From assembly GCA_037447605.1 (NCBI GenBank), contig CM074805.1, positions 1,273,361-1,337,360 on the forward strand: DNA of 64,000 nucleotides, written 5' to 3'. The notes beneath the pieces are model-generated. The model had not been told where the DNA came from. It ran no database searches and saw only the letters and a program-made list of their open reading frames with translations. Source of the DNA: Zygnema circumcarinatum SAG 698-1b (Eukaryota; Plantae; Zygnematophyceae). How positions within the stretch are numbered: the stretch's first letter is position 1; every line of letters begins with the position of its first letter. Shown here piece after piece: positions 52,124-64,000 of this stretch. Position numbers and translations under genes: made by a program.

Positions 52124-54240
52124 ATGGCGAAGTCTATGGGTTTCCTTTTGGCAGCCGCATTGATCGGCGTCATTGCACTTTGTAAGGATTTTTTAACCTA
52201 CGTTGCGTTCAGATAATTCATATTTTGGATGTTTCGAGAGTTACTTCTTCTGGATTTTCTGAAATTCTTCCACTAACTGTACCTTGCAATCCTGCAGCAC
52301 TTGGAACTACTGTGGAAGCTGCACGAAAGGCCCCACCACCGAAGCCATCTTCTGGGCCCTTTCCATTCATTACATGTCCTTCAACTCCACTTGCTGTAAG
52401 TCATGTCTGCGCTGACCTTTAGTAGGATTAACAATTTCCTGCTTCCTTCGTCTCAGTAGCCCTTGATCAAGCGGTCATCAGTGGCGCACTCCTGTAACTG
52501 CTTTTGGTTTACAACATTTGGCTTTTGTGGAACTGATTCTGGTAGTTTTTTGACGCAGGTTTGTGACTTTTATCTCTTTAAAATGCGAGCCAGTGTCCCG
52601 ACTTTTAAAGTCGCCAGAACTTCTCAAGATAAACCACTCTCAAACAACACTTTAGTCGCCAAGTACGTTCTCAGCTCGACTTGTTGTATTCAGTTGGTCA
52701 TGCGGAACCTCTGGTTTTACCCTTGTCTACTCGAAAAAGATTAAATTAATAAATAGTGTTGAACCTGTAAGCTGCCTACGCTATGTTGACTTCGACATTT
52801 TTTATTTCCTTCGTTTTTTTTCCTCTATTTTTTTTCCGGGAGGACTTTTTCTGCATGAATCTTCTATTTTTTTCATCATTGGCGACTTGCTATGGGGTCT
52901 GACGTAGACGTTTTCTCTTCAAACAGCGGCTACTATCCGGTTATCCACGCCAGCACTATGGGAAACTGCTACTTCGTGCCAGAGGTAAAGACATAGTCTG
53001 ATGTCTGATAGTCCAAAAATGCTGGTTATATGTTCATCATGATTGTTTTGATGTATTAATACATCGGTAGATTTCTAGAACAGTTCACTTATAGGGGTTA
53101 TACTGGGGTGACGTTCAGCACACTTTCTTATCATGTTTTGAAAGCATGTCCAACTTAAGACTGCTTAAATGTATCCATGGGAAACCGTTGAAACTGATTT
53201 GCTTACTATCTCCTTGGTTGCATTTTTTTTCAAATGCAGTATAAGAAGACCGACCCCAAGTGTGCTGCCGCGTTCTACTTCATGGGCAAGAAGTTGAAGA
53301 ACGGAAAGATTGATACGCTGCACGCTAACATGGTTGCGTCCCGCACAACTGTCAACTTCAACCTCAATGTAAGCCGACGACGCTGCAACTATGCTACGAT
53401 TCGGCCTTTGCTTTTCAATGTGTTCACTGCGGCACGTGGCAATGTGTTTGTACTCGCTGGGGTATTGAACTTTGTTTTGATATTGATTGGCATGATCTGC
53501 ATTGGCGAGACAACCAAGTTTCGCAGCTGCTGAAGTGCTCAGTGCTCGCAAGCTTATTTGCAGAGGTTCTGTCCACAGTTTGCAAGCAGATCCATTGAAT
53601 GAGCGGCTAGGCACAGAGCTGAGTACTGCTCTGTTCGGGCAACTCTTCCCGTGGTTAAGTGGGTTTAAAGTCTTCGAGGATAGATAGCTGGACTTTTCGA
53701 GTTTGCATGGACTGATTCCATGCCCTTTATGAACGCATAAGAAGCCCAAAGTCATTTGTGAGACTACTTGCGAGGCTGCGACTTTCGGACAACCAACTGG
53801 TTGTAACTCTTAAAACGTCTGTCGTTTGCAGAAATACCAAAACAAGTGCGTAGTGCTCCCGGTCGCAACGGCAACGATCCAGCTCGTGGCTCCCAAAGGA
53901 AAGACTCCCGGCAAGTACTTGTACCTCAACTCCAAGGATGGCAACAAGGACTTTCCCGAGGTACGCAATTTATGCCCACTGGCCTGAATCACTTATGTGC
54001 AAGACTCTTCCCTCTGCCCTGATGCCTCTAAACCTTCGACGACTTTCTCTCTATGCACTATCGATTGGTCTCTATATTTTGAAAATAATTTTTCCTTTCA
54101 ACAATCTTTGCCTTCTTTGCCATAATTCTTCCATCTTTGTCTGAACCAGTATTTGATCCTTCACAGCACCTTCCTAACACCAAGTTGACTTTCATCTGTT
54201 GCAGGCCCGGCGCTGCATTGTGTTCAAGACGGTGGTGTAG
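52124..54240 (+). CDS. Secreted protein of unknown family, about 196 aa, 8 coding exons
   Basis: Exons 52124-52181, 52298-52395, 52460-52473 (speculative), 52594-52662, 52927-52984, 53240-53368, 53832-53960, 54205-54240, phase-consistent. N-terminal signal-like MAKSMGFLLAAALIGVIALSLGTTVEA. A likely 5'UTR exon ends at the GTAAGG donor near 51175. Confidence 0.7.
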
Positions 54241-55635
54241 ACGTGCACTGCCAGTGGGCCTATGAATGACTTTAATGTCGTTCGAGCTTCATTTCCGTGT
54301 TTTTTCAAACTCCTGCACATCTGATTTTGTTGATTGCTCCCCGCCCTATTTTCGGCTGTAGGGAAATTCTGCATTTCATTTTTTTGGCACGGCCTTCAAG
54401 GCTTTCCTATTCTATTCTGCACTGCGGTATCGCTTTTGATAGTCAGCCAGTCGGTCTGCAGGTGCAGCTTTTGGCGAGGCAGCTCCTTTTTGGGTGACCT
54501 CAATTGGTGCAATAATAAGTTCATTTTTTTGTCTTTTTCGAACTGTTACTCTGTTCTCTGCAATGTGGCCGTTGTGTGCTTTCCAATTTTGTAGATGTTG
54601 TACCGCTCTTGTTGGATGGGAACTACTTTCTTCCTCTCTCTCTCTCGCTCCCTCCCTCGAGCCATGGTGAATCATCTTTCTGGGTGGGAAAGTGACTTTA
54701 AGGTTGGATCGACATCACACCAGCTGTGCGCGATGATTGCCATCACTTCTTGATGTCCTGGCCTCCATCCCGAAAGGGATGCCCGAATCCTTTCCTCCCC
54801 TGCCGGAAAGAATTCATTAGGGGGAGTCAGACCTTGACCATCGCTTACGAAATTCCTGAATTCCTTGTACTAAAAATCACTTCTTTCGTGTACGAATTCC
54901 GGGTCGGGATCCGCGGCTCCGCCATACACAGCCGTACCGAAATGCGTAACTAGCCAACGCTTGCGACATTGATTTGGCGATGGTCAAGGTCGGACTCGCC
55001 CTACTACTGCCGAGTTTGTCTGGTCTAATTCTAATCCCAGTCTAGGATGACGTTTCTTTGATTGGACGAGAATAGTGTACGTTCGGGGATGTCAAGCTTG
55101 ACACATGGGGTCGAAAATAAGCGTGACCTGCTGGAATGGCGCTCCCCGGAATCGGAACAGCAGTTCGGCGGAGGCCTCGGTCTGCCACAGTGTCGGAGTG
55201 GCTGTATGGAGTTAAAAGGACTGGTCGATTGGAACCGATCTTTGACCAAGGCAAAATCCGCAGACAAAATTACAGCTCCGGAATTGGGAATATGTACTTC
55301 AAAATTTAATGTTTGTCACGGCGGTGGAAAACTGTTCAAGTCTGATACGCCCTATTAGTGACAAAAGCCCAGCCTGGATATGCTGTTAGAATCTGCAGAA
55401 GGAAGTTTTCCTTTAGATCCCACTGATAAAGAGGGTACAGGGTCTCGACATGAGCGATTGCATGGGAACTCCCTCCCCCTTCCCTCGCACTCCCTCTACC
55501 CCCATCTCCCACCGTACCATGTGTACCATATCTTCCTCCCTCTCTCTCCACCCCTCTCCCCTTATCCCCCCCAGGCTTTGCGTCCCATGACACTCGGAAA
55601 CCGTCACTCTCGGAAGTTAATCCTCGGCTTGTCCC

Positions 55636-58600
55636 CTACACTTCCAGTCGCATGCCTGGAGATGCGCTCCTTATTCGCGACAACGCGAGATTGCCGATAT
55701 TTCTCTGCACATACCAAACAGCCATTAAGCTCGCAGAAATGTTATAGGCCACTTCACGAGCCCCACGCCCCCCTTCTCTTGCCCTATGCCCCTGCTTCAG
55801 TCACACTCACGAGCATCTCTCACCCGAATAGATCTCATCAATCAGGAAAACCTCTCCACATAATACATGTCGCAAAGTAGCATCTAAAAGACCACAACCA
55901 AGAACAATGGCCATTTGACAAGAGTTCATCGGTGATTAAAGTTTCGGCCTTCATCCCTCTGAGACAAACATCGGCCCGTTCATTTTCAGACCAAACTTGA
56001 AAGACCCTTGAGGACTGCCCACCTGATGCTTCAAGATTAGAACAGAGAGTCGACGGAGACCGGTGAGTCGGACAGCTCCAAAAACTGTGAGCTGTCCGCC
56101 GGAGGAGGCAACTCCAGAAATATCAAGCTGCATGCCGACCATTGAAACAGTCCTTGTTAAACGGAAAACGACCGCCATACGTCTTTGACTTCGCCAGATA
56201 ATATGCCCGTTCGTATCTTACCCGTTCAATTACAGAGCGCATGTAGACACTCAGTTGCAGAAAGTGCTTGTGTGAAACACGATCGTACAACATTCCCTCC
56301 CTCCCTCCCTCCCCCCCTCCCTCCCTCCCTCCCTCCCTCCCTCCCTCCCTCCCTCCCTCCGTACCTCCTCCAAATCGGGAGAGCGCCGGCATATCTTTTC
56401 CACTGCAGCATCGGTGAGCCTCCAGACAGCGGCAAGGTCCAACCTCACAAGACCAGCTGGCAAATGCTCTAACAAATCGTCTGTTATTCTCTGCCAATGG
56501 AGGATATTCAACAAACAGGAAAAAACCTTTCTTCAGCGATTGCCCAAAAAATCGAAGGTGAGCATGCTTTCATATACCGCTCCTATGAACAAAGAGAAAG
56601 AAAAGAGATGTCAGACTCTGATTCGCCTTTCCCTTGAAGGGAAAAGATTGACAGTTTGACAAGACAGAGGACATGACATATTCCAGATGCCAATCCAAAA
56701 TAAAGGAGACGGTTGTTACAGTACCCATGGCACTGCCATGCCACACTGTCAAAAAGACAAGCGCACAATCTATGCAGCTTTACGTTAGGCAACATATGCA
56801 CCTTGCAGTCAGCTAAGCGAAGCTCCTGCATGCTTTTAGCGCCATGTTGCAAAACCCCAATCAGTGCAGAGTCTGTGACCAGCGAACAGCCCGATAAGCA
56901 GAGCGATCGGAGCCCTCTTGCAAGCCCCCGCGTAAGACTGTCAATCCCCACATCGGAAATGGTTGAACCTGCCCCGACGGCCAAGTCTTGCAGGTTGGGG
57001 AAAGGAGAGCCCCCAAGACGGGATGGAAGATACTGCAGAAGTTCATCGCTTGTATGGGACGGGAGGGCGAGAGATTCGACTGCCTGGCAATTAATGGACG
57101 CAGCAACTAATATGTCAGTGAGAGAGAGGCACCTGCACGAGAGGAAGATGACCGCTGATCAGGTCTACCCGTAGATGACATGGAATTACCGGGATAGCGT
57201 GGCGAAGGCAAGAAACTATACAACAATTGTACCTCGGTAATTTGCAGAAATCGATTTTACATAATCCCGAATGCAGATATCGAGAAAGAGATGTTGTGGA
57301 GGGTGCCCGAGGAATAGCCAGCATCAGTATTTCCTCCGCTATCTCTGCTGGAAGCTTTTCAATTAATTCCATACCCACACCTTGAGAGAGTTTGTGAATG
57401 CATAGCTGCAAGAAGAACAACAGCCACAGCAAAAGCTTAAGTCATAGGCAGAGTTGGATGGGCCACATGCGTGTTCCGCTCTGGTGTCATGGCAAATTGG
57501 ACTGAACGAGATTCTCTGGAAACCAGGGTCACTTTAGGCGGTAATGGAACGAGGGGAGAACACAAACCCATGCAAGGAGTGGGTAAATGTTACTCATATT
57601 TAGAAGGTACACTACGTACTTTTCAAAGAGCTTCCCAGAAGCTGACTGGAAGTGGCGATTCAACTTTTTGAGCAGAGGGGCCAGAGTTCAAGAAGTAACT
57701 CTACTATTCTGATGGGTGTGTGCTTATCTGATGAAATGTTGCAATGCACGGGGCCACACAGGAGGATGAGAAATTAAATGTGCTGTCATTAAAGTAATCC
57801 AAAGGCTGGGAAACGCAATGAATATATAATCGCAATAAAGTAGTTGATCTGTAATGGCAGTGACAACACGCCTGTCTGTGCTGGTTGAACAACTCCTGGA
57901 AGTGGCCTGTCGATTAATCAGTTTTTTCAACACTCAGTATTTGAGCAAACGGCCTGACGATACAATCCTTTCTTCAGCAACGGAACGTGTTGGGGAGGCG
58001 GATGGGAGAGGGATTGAGAAGGAGAGATGTAGGGAGAGCGAGGCGGAGGATTCGCGACAGAAACAGCACGAGAGGCGAGGGGGAAAGGGGTCCAGAGGGT
58101 GGGGAAAGAGAAAGTGAAGATGCACGAAAAGCTTGCCTTCATGAGCGAAGGAGGACATGGATTTTTTCCCATAGTGGAACTGGCTTTGTCTTCTCTGCAG
58201 ATCCTTCGCCTTTTCTGAATGTTTGAAACAATGATTCCTCTATCTGCTCTATCACGCCCTGCAGAAAAAGTCCACTCTTTTCCACATTCTCCCATTCGTT
58301 TTTTTAGCAACACGGAGCCTCTTTCACTCCCAATATTCTCTAACCCTGCGACGCTAGAAGCGTTCCTGCTCCCCAATTCCTCCCCATACCCTAAATACCC
58401 TCCTTCTCTCGGACACTCGTCCCCTGGTCCCGTCTCCAATTCCTTAGCATCGCCTCCACAAAAGCGGTCCTTATTGGTTCCTACGGCTACTTCAGGTGAG
58501 GATTCGCAATTTGCAGACGAAACCTCTCGTACTGAATCATTGCCTTCGCCTGTCTGTGAAACATTCAGGGTTTCTAAGGGAAAGGAAGGAGACTTCAGCA

Positions 58601-58964
58601 AAGAGGCACTGCTGACGGGAGGCCTCCTCGCTCTCCAAGCCATGAGAGATCTAGGGATGTTCAAACTTGCAATGTATTCGTGCATGCATTGACTATCAAG
58701 CAATCAACTGTCGTTTACAAGGTTCTGTGATGCTGTGCATTGTGCAGTGCCCGCCATCGGTACTCCAACTTTCGAAGTGGGCCGAGGACGACTCAGGCTG
58801 CAGCCGCGTGCTTCACTCGTGGTTTCCATTCTTCGTGGTTTCCCTTCCCTCCGATAGGGCGCACCGTGGCGCCGTACGAGCGTCAACGGCCGCGATTGCG
58901 TCCTTTGGTTTACACGTGAACGATCGGACGGTGGAGGATCCATCCGTGCCGGCATGACCGCCAT
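55636..58964 (-). CDS. RNI-like leucine-rich repeat protein (AMN1/Rad7/F-box-LRR-like)
   Basis: Segments LCIHKLSQ...LIEKLPAEIAEEIL, NLQDLAVGAGSTISDVGIDSL, LRSLCLSGCSLVTDSAL, LVRLDLAAVWRLTDAAVEKICRRSPDLEE|LDISG, and a last exon RNIGNLALSRIRSASPGMRLEV* (stop 55636-55638). The 5' exons and start codon are only approximately resolved. Confidence 0.8.
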
Positions 58965-58978
58965 GGCCTCAAGGACAT

Positions 58979-59193
58979 ACATGGGCACATGCCATACATA
59001 CCCATCATACCCATGGGCACATGCCATACATACCCATCATACCCATGGGCACATGCCATTAATACCCATCATAACCATGGGCACATGCCACACCTACCCA
59101 TCATACCCATGGGCACATGCCATACATACCCATCATACCCATGGGCACATGCCATACATACCCATCACACCCATGGGCACATGCCATACATAC
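58979..59193 (+). repeat. 32-bp minisatellite, 7 copies
   Basis: ATGGGCACATGCCATACATACCCATCATACCC starts at 58981, 59013, 59045, 59077, 59109, 59141 and 59173. Confidence 0.95.
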
Positions 59194-59352
59194 ATAGCAT
59201 GCCATGAACAGCGCATGGCGGCCATACCCACATGCATGCATGGTCCCATGGCATGCTGCTGGTTAGGATGGCGAGCGAGGCGGGGAGGCGGGACGCAGAG
59301 CAGGCAAGGAAGAGCCTCTCGGAGCTTTATTCCGCGGCTGTGTCGTGCGGCA

Positions 59353-60594
59353 ATGGCGTAAGTTTCCGCATGGGGAGGTTAAGTTGAGCCTGAGATGGCA
59401 ACGCAGAAGCCATCAGGGTTCGATGGCACGGATGTTATAATCGCTGGAACTTACGGCATGCCTCGCAGTTAGCGTGGATTGCTTTCTGATTTTGATGTCA
59501 GTACAAAAAATGTTTTTGTTTAAGATATGGTGTCTCTTTGTTTTCTGGATTTGGTCACACTTTGGCGTCAAACAGACTGGAATAAAACCTCGCCACTATC
59601 CTACTAAATGCGTTTTTTCGCTGATTTTTTTTTGCTTCAATCTGCAACTAGTTAGCACACTCGCAAGATGCTTACAGATGAGTCTTGTGATGTTAATTCA
59701 AAATTTTAGTTGAGCCATTTTCCATGACATATCTAAAGCTGTTTTTATTGTTCTGAAAAGGATACCTAACTGGCGCTGCTAGCATAGTTTTCATGCTACT
59801 TGGCAGTCCATGCCAGATTTTTAAATTGTTAGACTTTCAAATTTATATGCTTATAGTGTTTTTTTTTGCTGAATTCATTTCGCAGAGTGAAGGCATACTG
59901 ACGGCGCGATCTGACGATTTCAAATTCATTTTCTATAAGCAGTAATCTCATGTGCCATGTCACCGCAGAAGCTTGAAGTCAGGTGCCTGCTCCATAACTA
60001 TTCCAGCAAGGGCAACATTCCATTTGATTGCAGAAAAAGGGGAAGGCTAGTCTTCTTGCTGCACAGAATAGTAGCCGTCTCTGAGTTTAGCTATAGTTTC
60101 ACTACCTCAACTCTTGAAGAGGAGAGAGAGCAACCTATTTTTTTTGGAGGTCGTCATGGCCTTCATGAAACAGAACGGATTCCTTCTTTCTGCTTAAAAG
60201 CTATCTGACATTTCAGCATGTTCCATGCAGTTGTGCAGCCTGCGGCACGAGCTTGGGACTGAGCTCCAACGACTTGTGGCCAGATGGCATGTTTTGGCAA
60301 AGGGGCACCCGAGGAGCCCTTTCCTTCAAGGAGACCCCAAAATCTCGGTTTCAAGTGAAAGAGGAGGTAAAGTGCGGGCCGTTTTGGGAGACGAGCAACT
60401 CTTGGGGTATCTCCCGTGCAATTACTACGTTGCAGTGCAGGCGGTGCTCTGCCCGGCTGGGAATGTGGGCAGCTGATGGGCCTCCCAGCAACCATGGCCA
60501 CGCGGGGTTTGGGCCTGGTCAGTATGTGCATCGGGTAACGAGGTATTGCCTGAGGAAGAAAGCTATCAAGCTGCTTCCTGAAGGGGGGAGTTGA
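59353..60594 (+). CDS. At2g17705/At4g08330-like zinc-binding protein (Yippee/MsrB-like CxxC pair)
   Basis: The main exon ending at 60594 reads CAACGTSLGLSSNDLWPDGMFWQRGTRGALSF...EEVKCGPFWETSNSWGISRAITTLQCRRCSARLGMWAADGPP...RYCLRKKAI, matching the family as I recall it. A putative 5-nt first exon ATGGC|gtaagt at 59353-59357 joins in phase 2. Confidence 0.8.
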
Positions 60595-61230
60595 GAAGTT
60601 GGTTGACGCCAAGTAGAACGATGAGTGCCATTTCTGCATGGATGAGGAGCCACGTGTATATACTTTCTTGTAGGGTTTTTTGAAGGGGGAGAGAAAGGAT
60701 AGGTGCGGCCTGCTTTATTTCGGAAGGAGGGAAGGATATGGCATCTTATCGCCATGATTTGGTCGTCACGACGTAAAAGAGGGAAGGAAGAAAGCCCTCA
60801 GGGAGGTAGTTCCTGGTCAGAGGGACACACAACGTAATGTAAAGAGCCACTCGCTTGTACAGAGTTTGTAGTATTCCAATATCATGAAACTTGCTATTCT
60901 TTGTGCGTTGGACTTTGAAAACTGCGTCAAGTAGCTTGTTTGTGATTGTCCATCTTTAGCGAAATCTGCTTCTTCGGAAGATGTTCCTAGTGGTTCGCAT
61001 CAATTGTATTATCTGTGACCTCACAAGCCTGGATCCATCCGGCAATGTGGGCATCGTCTGTCATACTCGCCCAACTCAACACACAGATTAAAAACAAACA
61101 CACCCACAGTTTTGTTGTATACTTATACAGCCCAAGTACATTAGCAGGTTCGTATGTTCATCCCTTGACACGCAAAGTTTTGAGGAAATCAATATGAACG
61201 ACTTGAAAGACAAAAGTTCTACGGGGATGT

Positions 61231-61290
61231 ATGTCACATGGAACCATGCATGTCACATGGAGCCATGCATGTCACATGGAGCCATGCATG
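61231..61290 (+). repeat. 19-bp tandem repeat x3 with a CATGCATG (RY-like) junction
   Basis: ATGTCACATGGA(A/G)CCATGC starts at 61231, 61250 and 61269. Confidence 0.9.
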
Positions 61291-61937
61291 CCAGTCCCAT
61301 GGAACCCCTCCCTCTTCTCGCCTGCCGGCCGGGCGTTTCCCATTTCCCAGGTCAAGGACTCAAGGCCCCCCAACGGCGACAACGACCACCGTACTCGCCC
61401 GCCCTCAACGCGGACGGCCGCCGGCGCCACGCTGGCGCGCCAGGGCCCCTCCCCACGTGAGCGCAGCCAATCAGCGCGCGTGAGGACGCCCTCCGGCCAA
61501 TCCCAAGGTGCGATGGCGCCACGTGAGACACGGCGGACCAATGTGGCCTCCCTGTTCCCCCGCGTGACGTGGCCTTCTAGAACCTTTTGGACACTCCGTC
61601 CGAAGGCGTAACCGGCCGAGAGCTGTCCGCCAATCGTACCGTGCCACGTGGCACATGTGGCGGGCCTCCCCGAGCAGATGGTGGCAGTGCCCTGCAGAGT
61701 GGAGCCAGGAGAAGGAGAGGAAGAAAGAGCGGGAGGCTTGCAGTAGGAGGGTTGCAAGTCATAACCGGGGAGCTTTGAAATATTTGTAATTTGAAGGTTT
61801 CCCTTGGGATTAAAGTGAGAAGAGACACATTTTGCTGGAGCCGGTATACGCGGTGGTTCCCGTTTCGGCATTTTTTGAATATTTGTTTGGCAGTTGTCGA
61901 ACAGTAGTAGCAGTGAAGGTTTGCGAAGAAGAGTGCG

Positions 61938-64000
61938 ATGTCACTGCGTGGCTTACTCGGTTTGCTGGCATCTCTGTATGTGATTGGAAAATGCACGCCT
62001 GGAGTGGCTGCAGAGAAGGTAAGGCGAGCAAATCGAGGCGTATCTGCTCAAGTTTTATGAGAAAGTATCAGAAATGTAATGTGAAATGTCCGGGGAAATC
62101 TGAAGCGATCGGTGACATTTTAACTGACTATGGAACATCTGTCCCTACTGAGGGAGGTCTAATCTTCAAGCTCAGTATAGCATTTGTTTGGGCAGATCAT
62201 TTAGACGAGAACATAGATTCATAGATTCTAGACTCATAGAGCCTCGCTTTCTTGTTACATTCGCAGATTGTTTTCTATGAATCATTCACAGAGCACTTCT
62301 CAGATGGTGATCGCTGGGTTGTTTCCCAGAGCGCTGATTACGGAGGTGTGTGACCCTCCAAACTGCAAATATTTTTCTTGCCTTGTGATCCGCTTTTGCT
62401 TTTCGAATTTCTTCAGTACTTAGTAGTTGCTAGTTTTCGGTGTAGCGTTCTTCGATTACCTGGTCCTGCCCTCGCACAAGGCATGAACAAGTCCAACAAG
62501 TAACGGGTACCATCTATTGGATAAAGAGTCATGCAAGGAGAAGAGTCATATAGAATTAATGCCTGGTCTGCATTTTGCGCTGCTACTTTGCGTTAGGAAT
62601 GTCTTAAGGTCGGCACTGCACTTGCTTTTACCTTCAGTATTGTTATGTGAGTGATCTGTGTTAAAGCATGTATTGCTTCCGCAAGAGTAAAAATCCTTTA
62701 TGCGACTGTTTCTTTCTTTCTTCTCCTTTTTGAAACTCAATTATTTCTGAACGCTGCCAGGAGGCTGCTGTCATAAATTCTGCAATGTAGATCCCTTTTT
62801 GTCATGATTTAGCAAGTAGGACTGCTTTATCAAAGCAGTTATGGAGTTTCTGCACCTTTTCACAGCTAAGCACACAGCAATCAGTGTGCTTGTTTGAGCA
62901 TACATAATTGAACGAGGTAGGGGCAGCTGATTCGAATACACTGGCGTGAATGCTTGTTAGTTTTGTGAAAACCTCAATGTTTCATATGCACACCTGGAGT
63001 ATCAGAAGTGACTATTGAAGTGTCTGGTTACCTTCTTCGCAGCTTGTGCCGAGTTGCTTATATATATATTTGAAGTCTAATATGAAAGCGTAGGGTGAGC
63101 ACGTCGGTCAGAGCAGCATGTAAAGGAGTATGATACTTCGTACCTAAATCATTGTTCCTATAATTTTCGCAGGTGAGTGGAAGCATGAGGCAGCGGAAGG
63201 CACTGGTGATTATGGCCTCCTTGTTAGCCAGAAGGCTAAGAAATATGGGATTGCAGCCGCTCTTCCGGAGGCAGTGGATCCAAAGGAGGGCACAGTTGTG
63301 CTACAGTACGACCTGAGGCTTCAAAATGGGATTGAATGTGGAGGAGCTTATTTGAAGTTTCTCATGCCACAGGTGAGGCGAACTCTGGCTCTTGTTATGA
63401 TAAATGTTGAAGGCTTGGCCCTTGAGAGGCAGAGCAATTCTAGCTCTATGGCTTGCTCTAGCTCGTTTGCAGGCTCATTCCTGCAGTTTCTGGCGATATA
63501 GATTGTTTTATCATCGAAGGTGTTTGCTGTCACAATTGTCAGACTAGCAATTTTTGTTGTTTTTCTTATCACGTTGGTTAAGAAGCGCGCATAAGTAGTG
63601 CAGGCGGCATTGAACTGTGTTTGAAGCAGCGCTGTTCCCTTCAAGCGCCTCCTCCGTATGTGTTTTTAGGTTTAGCTCTTCTATTCAGACTCCATCTCCT
63701 CAGAACTTCTTGTTGTTTTGTTGTGTTCAGGAGGCTGGATGGACCCCTAGCCTGTTCAAGGACGATTCACCGTATTCAGTGATGTTTGGACCGGACAAAT
63801 GTGGGTCCACCAATAAGGTCCACTTCATTTTTCGACACAAGAATCCAAAAACCGGGAGTTATGTCGAACATCATCTGAAGAGTCCTCCCTTCCCAGTCAA
63901 TGACAAATTCAGCCACGTGTATTCGGCAGTCATTTACCCCAATAATACACTCAAGATTCTTATTGATGGAGAAGAGAAAAAAACTGCAAATCTTCTATCT
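61938..64000 (+). CDS. CNX: Calnexin, 5' part (truncated by the window end)
   Basis: Exons 61938-62018 (signal peptide), 62267-62345, 63173-63372, 63731-64000+. Motifs FYESF, GEWKH, VVLQYDLRLQNGIECGGAYLK, YSVMFGPDKCGSTNKVHFIFRHKNP. Confidence 0.96.

Noticed and set aside
54680-55330. Minus-strand protein-like stretch (FPAGEERIRASLSGW...) with stops
   Set aside because: No consistent splice model or family. It may be a small decayed fragment between two gene 3' ends, and the support is too weak to call.

Overview
Eukaryotic, intron-rich plant-lineage DNA. The protein sequences look streptophyte, probably a non-seed plant or a charophyte/zygnematophyte alga; this is inference. It is not prokaryotic, and I found no CRISPR array or rRNA/tRNA genes. 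By hand-splicing I recover intact, phase-consistent genes for an ADPRM metallophosphoesterase (7.1-11.8 kb), a disordered orphan protein (30.3-33.0 kb), an 8-TM tandem tetraspanin-like protein (34.7-40.2 kb), meiotic PARTING DANCERS (41.4-43.7 kb, with an hAT-type MITE in an intron), gamma-glutamyl hydrolase (45.0-48.5 kb), a novel secreted protein (52.1-54.2 kb), an RNI-like LRR protein (55.6-59.0 kb), an At2g17705-like zinc-binding protein (59.4-60.6 kb) and calnexin (61.9 kb to window end). Between about 12.4 and 29.2 kb lies a decayed island. It holds multi-exon pseudogenes with TGA/TAG stops, two long inverted-repeat structures, a 29-copy 27-bp G-box minisatellite, about 1 kb of (GA)n and a mixed TTCAGGG/TTTAGGG telomere-like array spanning an assembly gap. 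The intergenic promoter regions repeatedly carry CCGTACGG-rich islands, motif-built tandem arrays and a dispersed hairpin element. All exon models and family assignments were made by eye and from memory of the protein families, without database searches.
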